Made by a program: the position numbers and the translations under genes
Shown here: positions 34,290 to 47,178 of the stretch, piece after piece
How the letters are laid out: each line of letters begins with the position of its first letter
How positions within the stretch are numbered: the first letter of the stretch is position 1
Notes under the pieces: generated by a model
Database searches by the model: none
Seen by the model: the letters and a program-made list of their open reading frames with translations, nothing else
Told to the model about the DNA's origin: nothing
NCBI GenBank assembly: GCA_030390025.1
Contig: CM059433.1
Span: 19,532,001-19,596,000, forward strand
Origin: Squalus acanthias
Lineage: Eukaryota
Length of the DNA stretch: 64,000 nucleotides
Direction of reading: 5' to 3'

Positions 34290-37165
34290 AAAGGAACAAC
34301 TGGTAAAGGGGAATTAAACTGCCTGTACAGCATCCAAAATAAAACGGGGGAACCGGAGACAATAATCCGTAGCGAGAAACCAGATATAGTAGGAATAACT
34401 GAAACATGGCTATATAAAGAACAGGACAGGCAACTAAATATTGCAGGTTATGACATAATAGATGGAATAGAGATAGAGATGGAAGACGGTCGGTTGGGGG
34501 GGGGGGGGGTGCGGGTAGCTCTAATAATTAGAGATAACATAATGGCAGTAGAAAAAGGAACATAACTAACAGAAGGTTAGAAACAGAATCCATATGGATT
34601 GAAATAAAAGATAAGAAGGGATCGATCATGCTAATAGGGGTATACTACAGACCATCTAATAGTGGAAAGGAGTTGGAGGAAGAAATGTGTAAGCAAATAT
34701 GTAAAATGAGTAAAGGACATAGAATAATAATCATGGGAGATTTTAACTACTCACAAATAAAGTGGCAAGAAGAGGTAGGGTAAGTGATAGAGGGAATGGA
34801 GTTTTTACAATGTGTGCAAGACTCTTTTCTTACCCAGTATGCAAAAAGCCCAACAAGAGAGGGAGCACCGCTGGATCTAGTAATGGGAAATGGACCAAAA
34901 CAGATAAGAAAAGTAAGTGTAGGGGAACATCTAGGCAACAGTGATCACAACATAATAAGGTTTACGATAAAGATTGAGAAGGACATAAGTAAGACAAAGA
35001 CCAAAGTAATAAATTGGAAAAAGCTGATTTTAAGATGAGAATGGCACGAGGGAAAATAAACTGGAAAAAATGATTGACAAACAAAGAAATAGTACAGCAG
35101 TGGGAAACATTTAAAACAGTGATCAACAGAGTCCAGGAGAAATATATACCACTAAAAAGCAAGAACAAACTAGCCAGTAATGAATAAAGAAATAAAGGCA
35201 AAATTGAAACTGAAGAAAAACGCATACACTAAGTACATGGACAACAAACGAGAGGATGACAATAGGGAATATAAAAAGGTTAGTAAAGAAGTCAAAAAAA
35301 CAATTAGGAAGGCAAAGAGTAGCTACAAAATTAAATGATCAAATAATATAAAAAGAAATAATAAAGTATTCTACAGACACATAAATAACAAGAGAAAAGT
35401 CAGAATAGGGATAGGGCTACTAAGGGATACAGATGATAAACTCACAGGTAATGACAGAAATATTAAATAATTACTTTGTCTCGATATTTACCAGGGAAAC
35501 TAACATGGTGAACATGACATTAGAAGAAGAGATCAAAAAGGGTATAAAGACATTTAAGATAGAAAGGGGCGAGATAATTGATAAATTAATCAAACTTAGA
35601 GAGGATAAAACCCCTGATCCAGATGGATTGCATCAGCACATATTAAAAGAAGTTAGGGAAGAGATAGCAGAGGCACTATTACATATATATAAAAACTCAT
35701 TAGAAAAGGGAATAGTGCCAGAGGACTGATGAACAGCTAATGTGATTCCTATATATAAAAAGGGAGATAGAACAAACACATGTAGACCAATTAGTTTAAC
35801 GTTAATGCTAGGAAAGATAATAGAATCTTTAATGAAAGATGTAATTGAAAAACATCTAGAAACTGAAAATATAAAGAGTAGTCAGCACGGATTCCAAAAG
35901 GGAAGGTCATGCTTGACCAACCTCATTGAATTTGTTGAAGAAGTAACAGAAAGGGCAAATAAGAGTAATGCAGTAGACGTAATATATTTGGATTTCCAAA
36001 AAGCTTTTGATAAGGTACCACAGAGTAGACTCATGACTAAGGTCAGAACATTTGGAGTCAGGGGACAAGTAGCAGAATGGATAGCATGGCTACAAAACTG
36101 AAAACAGAGAGTAGGGGTTAAAGGTAGTTACTCAGATTGGCAAATTGTGGGAAGTGGTGTTGCACAAGGATCGGTGGTGGGGCACTGTTGTTCACCATTT
36201 ATATAAACAAGTTGGACTTGGGAATTGGAAGTACAATTTCAAAATTTGTGGATGACACCCAATTGGAGGGTCTAGTTAGTACACAGGAGAACTGTGACAA
36301 AATACAGGAAGACATTAATAAACTTGCAGAATGGGTGTGTAATTGGCAAATGAACTTCAATATAGACAAGTGTGAGGTAATACATTTTGGTAGGAAGAAT
36401 AAGGAGGCAACATACTCCTTGGAAAATAAGTGTCTAAATGGTGTAGAGGAACAGAGGTACAGATACACAGATCACTAAAAGTAGCGACGCAGGTGAATAA
36501 GGCCACAAGAAAAGCAAACAAAACACTGGGGTTCATTTCTAGAGGGATAGAATTAAAAAGCAGAGAAGCTATGCTAAACTTGTATAGAACCTTGGTTAGA
36601 CCACGCTTAGAGTACGGTGAATAGTTCTGGTCTCCATATTATAAAAAGGATATAGAGGCAATGGAGATTGTGCATAAAAGATTTACTAGAATGATACCAG
36701 AACGGAGAGGTTATACCTATCCGGAAAGGTTGAACAGGCTGGGGCTCTTTTCTCTAGAGAAGAGAAGACTGAGGGATGACATGATAGAGGTCTTCAAGAT
36801 TAAGAAAGGGTTTGATAGGATAGATGGAGGGAAGATGTTTCCACTTGTGGGCAAGATCAGAACTAGGGGCCATTAATATAAAATTGTTACTAATAAATTG
36901 AATAGGGAATTCAGGAGGAACTTTTTTTTTTACCAGAGAGTGGTTAGAATGTGGAACGCGCTACCACAGGGAGTGGTTGAGACGAATAGCATAGATGCAT
37001 TTAAGGGGAAGCTAAATAAGCACATGAGGGGAAAAAGGAATAGAATGATATGTTGATGGGGTTAGATGAAGAGGGGTGCGAAGAGGCTCGTGTGGAGCAT
37101 AAACACCGGCATGGGCCAGTTGGGCCAAAAGGCCTGTTTCTGTGCTGTAAGTACATAGTAATACT
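34290..37165 (+). mobile_element. CR1 LINE with nearly complete but disrupted ORF2 (APE endonuclease and RT)
   Basis: APE motifs PDIVGITETWL, IIMGDFN, LDLVM, LGNSDHNII; RT motifs QHGFQKGRSCLTNL, YLDFQKAFDKVP, FVDD. Many stops and frameshifts. CR1 tail. Confidence 0.95.
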
Positions 37166-37638
37166 TTGTTGTAAACTTAATGCTCATGCAGATCTTTAAC
37201 CTGATAAGTTTTCAGAAGTGAAGTAAGAACAAAGGAAGCACAGAAGGATCAGCTTTTTATTCCCCCTTAATTACTTTGAAGAAGAAAGCAGTTTAATGCA
37301 CGTTGATAATTATATTGCCCATCAGTGATACATTTGCAGTGGAATCAGAACCCATCATATGCAGCTTTCATGCATGGCACCCAACCATTTCTTAACACAT
37401 GACAGCGATCAAAAATGACACTTCTGTCTCAGATCAAACCATAACAACCTACTTATAAACAATACTCCAGACACATCAATTTGTTAGCTGTTGCAGGATA
37501 CAAAGTTTAACACTGCATCCTGCTGACAGACAGCTGAAATAAATGCAGTTTCTATGAAATTAGTTATTTAATCTATTATAACAGGAGGATCAAAGTCAAG
37601 ACATCATTATTGAAGTAAGGAGTAAAAAAAAGACTGCT

Positions 37639-37824
37639 GGGGCAGATTGTGACTTCTTACGATAGTGCAAAATGGGTGACAGCGAATCAGCAGCCCATTT
37701 TATATCTCTCCTGATTGTTATTTCCATTGAAGTCAATAAAAATAAAAATCAGGAGAGATGTAAAACGGGCTGCCGATTCGCTATCCTCCGTTTTACACTA
37801 TCACACTAAGTCAAAATCTACCCC
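37639..37824. mobile_element. Fold-back MITE (near-complete palindrome)
   Basis: GGGGCAGATTGTGACTT...AAGTCAAAATCTACCCC with arms complementary along the length and centre CATTGAAGTCAAT. Partial relative at about 25185-25294. Confidence 0.8.
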
Positions 37825-38317
37825 GTAGTGTTTAAACCTTGAAATAAAACAAATTATACCATTTTTGAAGCCATTGAAATATAGCCACAATTCCTATGTC
37901 TAATTAGGTCTGTACTCTGAGGGGTTAAATTCCTCCTGTCAATAACTGAAAGTCCATTTTGTATTCATGTTTTTTTTCCCCCAAATTATTGACAGGTGCA
38001 ATTTTACTCCTTCTGCCTTGGTCCTTTGGATCTTAAACCTCCTTACATTTGTGCAAATTTGCAACCCGGAAAAAACACAGAAAGCAGGAACCAGACAGAC
38101 AGTTGTTCCAAAAACCCTGTCTGTCAGAAAGCTCCCCAGTATAGTGACAGCAGTCTTTTTATTCTTGTACCATAATAATAGATGTGAGGCTAACCTTAAT
38201 AACATAGCATGTCCACTTTGAAAGAAAAAAAATCACAGTAATATTGTTGTCAAGCTGCTGGTGCCTTGTGCTGCAGACCCTGTCTCAGGCTAAGAAGGTG
38301 GATAGAATGAACTGCTC

Positions 38318-38437
38318 CTATTGTTCTGCTGTATTGCTCTCTAACCAGCTGCTAAAAAGCTGTGCGGTCGTAGCCTGGTGTATCTCATCTGCCGATTTGT
38401 CTTCCTTCCCTGTGCCTTGGCTTGATCCCTCTGCCTT
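38318..38437 (-). other. Candidate terminal coding exon KAEGSSQGTGKEDKSADEIHQATTAQLFSSWLESNTAEQ*
   Basis: Acceptor ttcttcttcaatttcAG, 39 codons then TAG, AATAAA on the minus strand at 38158-38163. No recognised homolog. Confidence 0.25.
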
Positions 38438-40090
38438 CTGAAATTGAAGAAGAATCTATCTGTGCTGTTGTTTAAAAAGGACTGACAGTATTTTAAGTCA
38501 AAGGATATTTGGCTCAATATTTCCACATCATCAAAATCAGTGGTTGTGATAAATTGTACTGTAACACAATTTTGTATGTAACAATATTTTATACAAGTAG
38601 CAGATTTGAAAGCTATTTTCATAACATGTAACTGCATTTTGAACTCTCAGGTATCCTCCTTTATCTGAAATCTGCAATCAAGCACGCAACCCTCTCAGAA
38701 CTAAATTTCCTTCAGTAGTTTTTGATGCGATACCTGTTTGTCATCATGAAACATCTGTCAAAGGGAATCTATTCTTTCATTTCCTAGTTGTTCGTACACT
38801 CGTGATGAAAAGAGCAATGCAATGCATTTGTATGTGCTAACCGACTATGTGAAGGGATGCATGTCAGAGGTTAAAGCCGGAGGAATAATCGTAACAAACA
38901 GAACAGGCAGGACAGCAAGGCTTTAGGAAAATAAAAAAAAGTAATTCTTTGAGCGTTTTAAATAAATCATGAGATCCGTCAATGGTTAAAGAATCAACTT
39001 AGCTCAAAGTTGTGTTGAAGAAGCTTTGATGTGTTTCTGCTTACTGAGCTTAGGCTGTACCTCTGCTGTCTGTAATTACATGTAGCACTGGAAAATCCCG
39101 CTGAGCTTAGTTCAGTAAAATGCTGTAGCATATCTGTCATAATTAGACTGCAGGTTTTATGATCATTGTCACAGTCCAGTAAATTTGTTCTTCTTTTAGT
39201 TCCTTCTATTGCTGTCCTTATTTGCCTCCCTAACATCAAATTCTGCTAATTGGCAATAGCAGAAAAAAGAATCTTGTGCAGAATACCGAACATCGTTCAT
39301 TGGCCAAGATTTTAAAACACTGTAGAAGTGAAGGCTGCAGTTCACAAACAGAGGAAAGATTCAGAAAGGAAATTAATCATTACAGTTGAGTTAAGTATTT
39401 AACATAAAGACATTTGGTGGGTGTATTGCATTAAAGGCAGCAGGTGCTTAGGGAATACTGACAGCATAAAGTTACCAGGAAAGGTGAAATTCAAATACAA
39501 AGGGTGCATCTACAATAGAATTAGAAGCTGCACTGTAGAAAGCCATTTGGTGGATGAATATTCTTTATTTTCAAGGTTGGTTAGAGTACACAAAAAGCAG
39601 ACACCAGTGAATACGTTTGATATGCGTATATTTGAAAATTATTATTAGTTTGCACTGCAGTGAACTAACATTTGACCTCGCAACATAAACCCCAGCAACA
39701 GCTACTCAGGAAAGAACTGCATTTACTTGAGCAAGTCAAGAAAACAATGCTGTTTATATGAAACGTGTGGGGCTCAATCTTCCCCCCTCTCTGAGGCTAA
39801 TTTTCGAGCAAAACGCTGCAGTCGATTTAACCAAGTTGTTTTCCCTTCTCAGTCTGGCAGATATTGCGTCATGCCAACCTTTGGCAGGTGCATAGGAATC
39901 AGGCAGAAATCATATGGTTGATAGCATAAAGTGAGTCATTGTGCTAACTGCGCCAAATGGAAAGTAAGAAAGATTCACAGAGAAGACTTAAGGACTGTGT
40001 AAAGTAGGGGTTATTGAAAACTTCAAAAGAGAAATACAATTATAGTGCTGGCACAAACCAACAAACTGCTGTCAGAACAGTCAGTTCTTG

Positions 40091-40391
40091 GGATGAAAAA
40101 TTGGGTTGATTTGCGCCTCTCGTTAGCGCCCCCGTTAGGGCCCCGGTGCGCGCAGCGCTAGGCCCCTCCCCTTTAATCAGGGGAGGGAGGCCTGCTTGTG
40201 GCGCTGTTGCACGTTGGGCCATGAAGTTCACTGGTAGCGCCCCAAGAAGGAAGGGGAGCGCTTCCAGTAGTGCCCCGCCTCCTGCTTGGGGTGCTACTAC
40301 TGAATTTACGGTGCAGGGGCGCTAACTTTTTTGGGGCGCTAAAATTAGCGACATTAGCACCCCAAAGGGGGCGCCACCGAATTTTTCCCCC
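40091..40391. mobile_element. Internally deleted family B MITE
   Basis: Ends GGATGAAAAATT / AATTTTTCCCCC. TSD TTG. Joins the left ~60 bp to the right ~240 bp of 28298-29021. Confidence 0.8.
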
Positions 40392-40814
40392 TTGGAGTCA
40401 TGCCCCTGGCAGATCAGGTTACAGACATGCACCCTGGCAACAGCGAAGAAAATTAACCCACTGACTTTTAAATCTAATCATTTGGACAGGCATATTCTGA
40501 ATTTCTATACAAGAGATGAAAATAGGGTTGCCGGGCAGTCGTGATTTCCAGCAGTAAGCATTTACCTGATGATAAATCCGCTACATTCTGGAATGTGAAT
40601 CTGTATTGTATTCTCACTTGCCAAGAAAACAGAAATCTGTCTTTCTTCTTCCACAAAACAAAGGAAGAGTGTAAAAACATACATTCCTGATGCACTTTTA
40701 ATTTTCCCCTTACACCAATTGGATGGAACCCAGCAGCTAAAGTGCAACAGATTTTAATTCCAGCAACTAGCAATATTTTACAACGTGCAGATTGTACATT
40801 TTTAAAGCCTTTAT

Positions 40815-42992
40815 AATAACATAAGAAGTAGGAGCAAGAGTAGGCCATCCGACCCTTCGAGCCTGCTCCGCCATTCAATAAGATCATGGCTGATCTTTTA
40901 CCTCAACTCCACCTTCCTGCATTGTCCCCATATCCCTTGTTTCTCTTAGTATCCAAAAATCTATCGATCTCTGTCTTGAATATACTCAATGACTGAGCCT
41001 CCACAGCCCTCTGGGGTAGAGAATTCTAAAGATTCACCACCCTCTGAGTGAAGAAATTTCTCCTCATCTCAGTCCTAAATGACTGACCCCGTATTCTGAG
41101 GCTGTGACCCCTCGTTCTAGAATCCCTAGCCAGGAGAAGCATCCTCCCAGCATCTAACTTGTCAAGCCCCTGAAGAATTTTATATGTATCAATGAGATCA
41201 CCTTTCATTCTTCTAAACTCTAGGGAACATAGGCCTAGTCTACTCAATCTCTCCTCATAGGACAATCCCCTCATCCCAGGAATCAGTCTAGTGAACCTTT
41301 GTTGCACTCCCTCTAAGGCAAGTATATCCTTTTTTAGGTAAGGAGAACAAAACTGTACACAGTACTCCAGGTGTGGTTTCACCAAGGCCCTATATAATTG
41401 CAGTAAGACTTCTTTACTCTTACACTCTTTGTCATAAAGGCTGACATACCATTTGCTTTCCTAATTGCTTGCTGTACCTGCATGTTAACTTTCTGTGATT
41501 CGTGTACAAGGACACCCAGGTCTCTCTGAATACCAACATTTCCCAATCTCTCACCTTTTAAAAAATACTCTGCTTTTCTATTTTTTTCTACCAAGGAATA
41601 ACTTCATATTTCTCCACATTATATTCCATCTGCCACGTTCTTGCCCACTCACTTAATCCGTCTATAGTTCCCTGTTTTCTCTCTCCCTCCTTTCTTGATT
41701 AGCGCGGTTACATTTGCTATCTCCCAATCTGCGGGGAATTCTGGAAGAACAAAACCAATACTGTGGCAAATGGATTTCAATGTAGGCAAAGGTGAGGTCA
41801 TCCACTTTTGACCTAAAAAGGATAGAACAGGGTACTTTCTAAATGGTGGAAAGCTAAAAACAGTGGAGGTCCAAAGAGACTTGGGGGTCCAGGTACACAG
41901 ATCATTAAATGTCATGAACAGGTACAGAAAATAATCAAAAAGGCTAATGGAATTCCGGTCTTTATATCTGGAGAACTTGAATACAAGGGATAGAAGTTAT
42001 GCTGCAGCAATACAAAGCCCTGGTTAGACTACACATGGAGTACAGTGAGCAGTTCTGGGCACCAGACCTTAGGAAGGATATATTGGCCTTGGAGGGAGTG
42101 CAGCGTAGGTTTACCAGAATGATACCTGGACTCCAAGGGTTAAATTATGAGGAGAGATTACACAAGCTATGGTTGTCTTCCCTGGAATTTAGAAGATTAA
42201 GGGGTGATTTGATCAAAGTTTTCAAGATATTAAGGGGAACAGATAGGGTAGATAGAGAGAAACTATTTCCACTGGTTGGGGAGTCTAGGACTAGGGGGCA
42301 TAGTCTAAAAATTAGAGCCAGGACCTTTCAGGGGTGAAATTAGGAAACACTTCTACACACAAAGGGTGGTAGAAGTTTGCAACTCTTTTCCGCAAACGAC
42401 AATTGATGCTAGATCAATTGTTAATTTTAAATCGGAGATTGATAGATTTTTGTTAACCAAAGGTATTAAGGGATATGGGGCAAAGGTGGGTATATGGAGT
42501 TACATTACCGATCAGCCATGATCTCATTGAATGGTGGAACAGGCTCGAGGGGATAAATGGCCTATTCCTGTTCCTATGTTCCTATGTTTCTGCCCGTAAG
42601 GGACCCACATTTACTTTTGCTAATCTCTTCCTTTTTGCAGACCCATAAAAGCTTTTACAATTTGTTTTTATGTCTCTTGCTAGTTTACTCTCATATTCTA
42701 TTTTCTCTCTTTTTATCAATAGCTTGGTCATCCTTTGCTGAATTCTAAAATTCTCCCAGGCTTACTACTCTTTTTGGCAACATTATAAGCCTCTTCCTTT
42801 GATCTAATATTATCTTTAACTTCTCTTGTTAGCCACGGTTGGACCACTTTTGTCGTGGGGTTTTTTATTCCTTCAGGGAATGTATATTCATTGTGAATTA
42901 TGAATTATTTTTTTAAATGCTTGCCATTGCTTATCTACCGTCATATCTTTTAATCTAGTTTCCCAATCTATCTTAGTCAACTCTCCCCTCAT
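40815..42992 (-). mobile_element. Fragmented CR1 LINE (40815-41745 and 42595-42992) split by another CR1
   Basis: VKPHLEYCVQFCSP..., ANVTALIKKGGREKTGNYR and upstream linker sequence, all on the minus strand. Confidence 0.85.
41757..42590 (+). mobile_element. 5'-truncated CR1 LINE nested antisense in another CR1
   Basis: ORF 41999-42337 LVRLHMEYSEQFWAP...RRLRGDLIKVFKI, with tail gttcctatgttcctatgt. Confidence 0.9.
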
Positions 42993-43363
42993 GAGACAAA
43001 AAACTGGTACTCTCTTACCTATTGTCCGTTCTACTTATACCACATACAATTAGTATTTCTCCAAATTCACTTTATTTAAATGTTACTTTAAATCGGTCCT
43101 TGGCCCAACATAAAGAACTAATAAGCACAGAGAATGCTTTAGAACTTTACAGATGGCTTAGTGGGTAAATGCACCACTTTGTGTGGTACTGAGTCACATA
43201 GGTCAGCAATGTCCCTGGTTCAGCTTTTGGTCTGGTCTGAGTCAGCTGATGTTAGCTGGGGTTGCAACAAGGGTGTAAATTTGGAAACGGCAAAGCAAGC
43301 CAAGGTTTCCACTCCCAATCGCTATCAATTGACCCTGCTGGAAAGCCTGCGTATATAGACACT

Positions 43364-44032
43364 GGCCCGGATTTTGTGGTGGTAATGACGGCGAAACAGA
43401 AAGCGTTCGCCATCATTACTCCTCTTAAGCTGACAGCAAATTCAGGATGTAGCGCGTGTGCAGATAAACGCGGGAATCCAGAAGTTGCGGTCAGTCATTC
43501 CCTGCTCTGCCACAGGACGGCGTTGCACGGAAGGTAAGCGCCGCTCCAAAAATCTCCAGCCCCCCAGACGAATTTTACCCCTTTAGCGTTGCGGCCATGT
43601 TCAGCGGCCGTTAACTCTAGTTGCCAGCGACACCGACAACTTTACTGGCTAACACGAATTTCTCCCCCATGGTTTAGAAAATAATTTTTTTTTAAGTTTA
43701 TTTATGATATTTCAACCTCTACCTTAATCCTATGTGTATGCCCAATCTTTATTTCGCTCTCTGTAAAATTTATAAAAAGTAAATTAGAATCTCTGCATTT
43801 TACATCCTGGTTTGCTGTCTGGGAGAATTCTGCAATGTGATTGGCTGATCAGCCTGCTTGATGAGATCACCGTTGCTAGACGTTGGAGTTTCGCTTGATT
43901 TGATGTCAAATTCAAACTAAAGCCAGGAGAGCTGAAATTTACACCACAGAGATCGCTAGATCCTTGTGGTCAGCTTTCTTGGAGCTCAGCGGCAAGCGCC
44001 GTCGTTTCACCACTGACCAAAAATTCCGGGCC
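43364..44032. mobile_element. Harbinger-type MITE, family C copy 2
   Basis: TIR GGCCCGGATTTT / AAATTCCGGGCC. TSD ACT at 43361-43363 and 44033-44035. Internal 43520-43668 differs from copy 1 and ends in GAATTTCTCCCCC, another element's terminus. Confidence 0.88.
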
Positions 44033-44399
44033 ACTGAGTGAGAACTAGATTGAACTTGGCTTTGATTCCTTTTCCTCCCCTCCTATTCAATAGCCTGATG
44101 ACAATAACTGCTTAGGTTCATACATAAAGCTTGGCCACTTGGCCAACAGCTTTTGGGGAAGCCCGATGACTACCCTGCCCAGCGCAGACCAATTCTGCCG
44201 AGGGGGCCTAAAACAGGCATTAGGCCGTGATATCTGCCTAATATAGTGATAGAGTTTCTGTTCAACCCCTGGGCTTGCTACAGTTATGCAGATACTGGAC
44301 ATTTAAGGGTATACTCTGGTTCACAGGAGGTGAGGGCTAGTTAAGTGGACTATGGTTCTGAGCACCAGGAATGTGTCTGAAGTAAAATTCCTTAATTAT

Positions 44400-44592
44400 G
44401 GAATCATAGAATGGTTACAGCACAGAAAGAGGCCATTCGGCCCATCGAGCCCGTGCCGGCTCTCTGCAAGAGCACTTCAGCTAGTCCCACTCCCTCGCCC
44501 TTTCCCCGTAGCCCTGCAAAATGTTTTCCTTCATTTACTTATCCAATTCCCTTTTGAAAGCCACGATTGAGTCTGCTTCCACCACCCTTTCA
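44400..44592 (-). mobile_element. CR1 3' end fragment
   Basis: Minus strand gatgggccgaatggcctctttctgtgctgtaaccattctatgattc tail. Confidence 0.75.
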
Positions 44593-45925
44593 ATAGCAAA
44601 ATGTCTTAACAATGTTTAGTTTTACATGTAATAAAGGCAGTGGGATTTCCCAAGCATCTAACTGGCAGCTTCCTAACTAAATGTAGCCTTTGGAACAAAG
44701 TACTCTTATGTGTTTTACATATTATACCAATTAAAAGTATAATGAGTAATTTGCCACTATGTGCAAAGTTTGGGAAGGGAATAGATGAATTGCTAACTCA
44801 AACAAATAATTACTGAAGAGAGACCTTTCAAGTGTCACTCATTAGGAGTGATGGTCATTGACAGTCACTCATCTCAATATGACAATATGACACACAGCTC
44901 CCTATGCTTTAATGGTATTCTTATTGCTCATAAATCTCACTCTAACATTTCTCTGATGTTGACAGCTCTGATGAAGAGCGTATCTTTTGCTGAATATTCC
45001 TCAAGATGAATCACCAAGAACCACTCCACAATTGTAACTGCAGCTTATAGTCTGGTGAAACGTCACTTAGTGATTGATAGAACACTGTGTAGTGCAGAGC
45101 CTTGGCAGTCGGTGCCATGCTGGAAACAATCAGGTGCAACAGTCTTCTATGCCACAAAAGCATTGCCAAGCTTGTGTACTTAGATGAGGGGTTGTTGACC
45201 CATGATCATTTATCATATGTCTACAGGTCAAATACTGGGCATTTGAGTTGAGGCTAAAATAACTCACCATTGGTGAGGTAAAATATTCCATGGAACACAA
45301 TACTTCCTGTGTTGCGGCAATCATGGGAACGTCGATTGTAGAAAGTCACTGGTTAGGTTCAATAAGCTGGGGTTTCACTCCCTACGTTTGAGGACCCGGA
45401 AAAAATGTTGCCAAATTTTACTCAGGACTTGAAATGAGTTGGTAGAGTTGATGATAGGACAGATTTTACATGTTTATGGAAGCGGCAGACTTGGTGGAGT
45501 GAATGGCCTCTTTTTTTCCCATTTTTTTTCTTATGATCTTAAATCAATTCCAGTCTTTTAGAACTTATCTAATTCTCCCCCATTCTTTATATCACTTTCT
45601 CCATATTAAATTGATTCAGTGTTTACCAGGGAGACGGATCAAGTAGACATGAAATTGAAAGATGAGGTGAGAAATGATACAACCACATTTAAAATAAAAA
45701 GTAGAGAAATATTAAATAAACTAATCAAACTCAAAGAGGATAAAATCCCTGGTCTGTACGGATTACATCTGCGCATTCTAAAAGAATCTAGGGAAGAGAT
45801 AGCAGAGGCACTATTACACATATTTAATAATTCATTAGAAGAAGGTGTAGTGCCAGAGGAATTGTGGATAGCTAATGCTATACCTATATTTAAGAAGGGG
45901 GATAGAACATGTCCAGGGAACTATA

Positions 45926-46684
45926 ATAAAAACAGAAAATGCTGGAAATACTCAGCAGGTCAGGCAGCATCTGTGGAGAGAGAAAAAGAGTTAACGTTTC
46001 AGGTCGATGACCCTTCATCAGAGCTGGAAAAAGTTGAAGATGGAACAGGTTTTTAAGCAATTGTAGGGGCAGGGAAAGGGGGGAGGGGAGGAAAGAACAA
46101 AAGGGAAGGTCTGTGATAGGATAGAAGGCAGGAGAGATTAAGAGACAAAAGGGATGATGGTGCAAGGCAAAAGGAGATGGTAATGGGACAAGTTAAGAAA
46201 CAAAAGATGACTCTAGATGAAGTGTAAATGGCAATGGCAGAATGATCGACAGCTGCCATGTGAGAGAGAAAAAAAAATATAGGGGCAGAGGTTCTGATTT
46301 GAAATTGTTGAACTCGATGTTGAGTCCAGAAGGCTGTAAAGTGCCTAATCGAAAGATGAGGTGCTGTTCCTTGAGCTTACATTGAGCTTCATTGGAACAG
46401 TGTAAGAGGCCGAGGACGGAGAGGTCAGAGTGGGAGTGGAGCGGAGAATTAAAGTGACAGGCGACCGGAAGCTCGGGGTCACTCTTACGGACTGAACGGA
46501 GGTGTTCCGCAAAGCGGTCACCCAATCTACATTTGGTCTCCCCAATGTAGAGGAGACCGCAATGTGAGCAGTGAATACAGCATACTAAATTGCAAGAAGT
46601 ACAAGTAAATCACTGTTTCACCTGGAAGGAGTGTTTGGGGCCATGGACAGTGGGAAGAGAGGAGGTAAAAGGGCATGTGTTGCA
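45926..46684 (-). mobile_element. Penelope-like element 3' portion (GIY-YIG endonuclease and terminus)
   Basis: CSHCGLLYIGETK...GDRFAEHLRSV...LGTLQPSGLNIEFNNF. 14-bp TSD TCCAGGGAA(C/G)TATA at 45912-45925 and 46685-46698. Confidence 0.88.
45989..46025 (-). ncRNA. Putative minimal type I hammerhead ribozyme in Penelope-like terminus
   Basis: Minus strand AGCT-CTGATGA-A-GGGTC-ATC-GACCT-GAAA-CGTT-AACT. Stem I has one mismatch. Confidence 0.6.
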
Positions 46685-47178
46685 TCCAGGGAAGTATAGA
46701 CCAGTCAGCGTAACATCGGTAGTAGGAGAAATAATGGACTCCCTACTAAAGGACAAAATAGAAAAACATCAGGGGCAAAAATTTAGCACCTCCCATTAGT
46801 GCCATCTGCTAGAACATTATCGCCGGGGCGAGGCGAATCCAGCGCTGCACACAAAATCCCGCTCCCCGTAGCGCTGCCGGTAACAGTTATCACCGAGAGC
46901 CTCAACAGCAGGTGAATCGTGACGTCAGTGAGTGTGCAACGCTCACTGAACGCTCGTTGTGCGAAATTGATTGTCGCCACCTACCTTAGCGCCTGGAGTA
47001 AACAGCAACAGGGAGAACTGGTGTGAAGCACCAGGATGCCGGCTTCAGGGACATTATTTAAAGGGATCATCAGTAATGACTCGCAGCTGTCAGGTTAATG
47101 GATTTTCAGTGGTTTCTTGCCAGTTTCATATAGTCCAACAGTTTCATTCAGTAATTTCAACATTATTTTGTATCAGGA

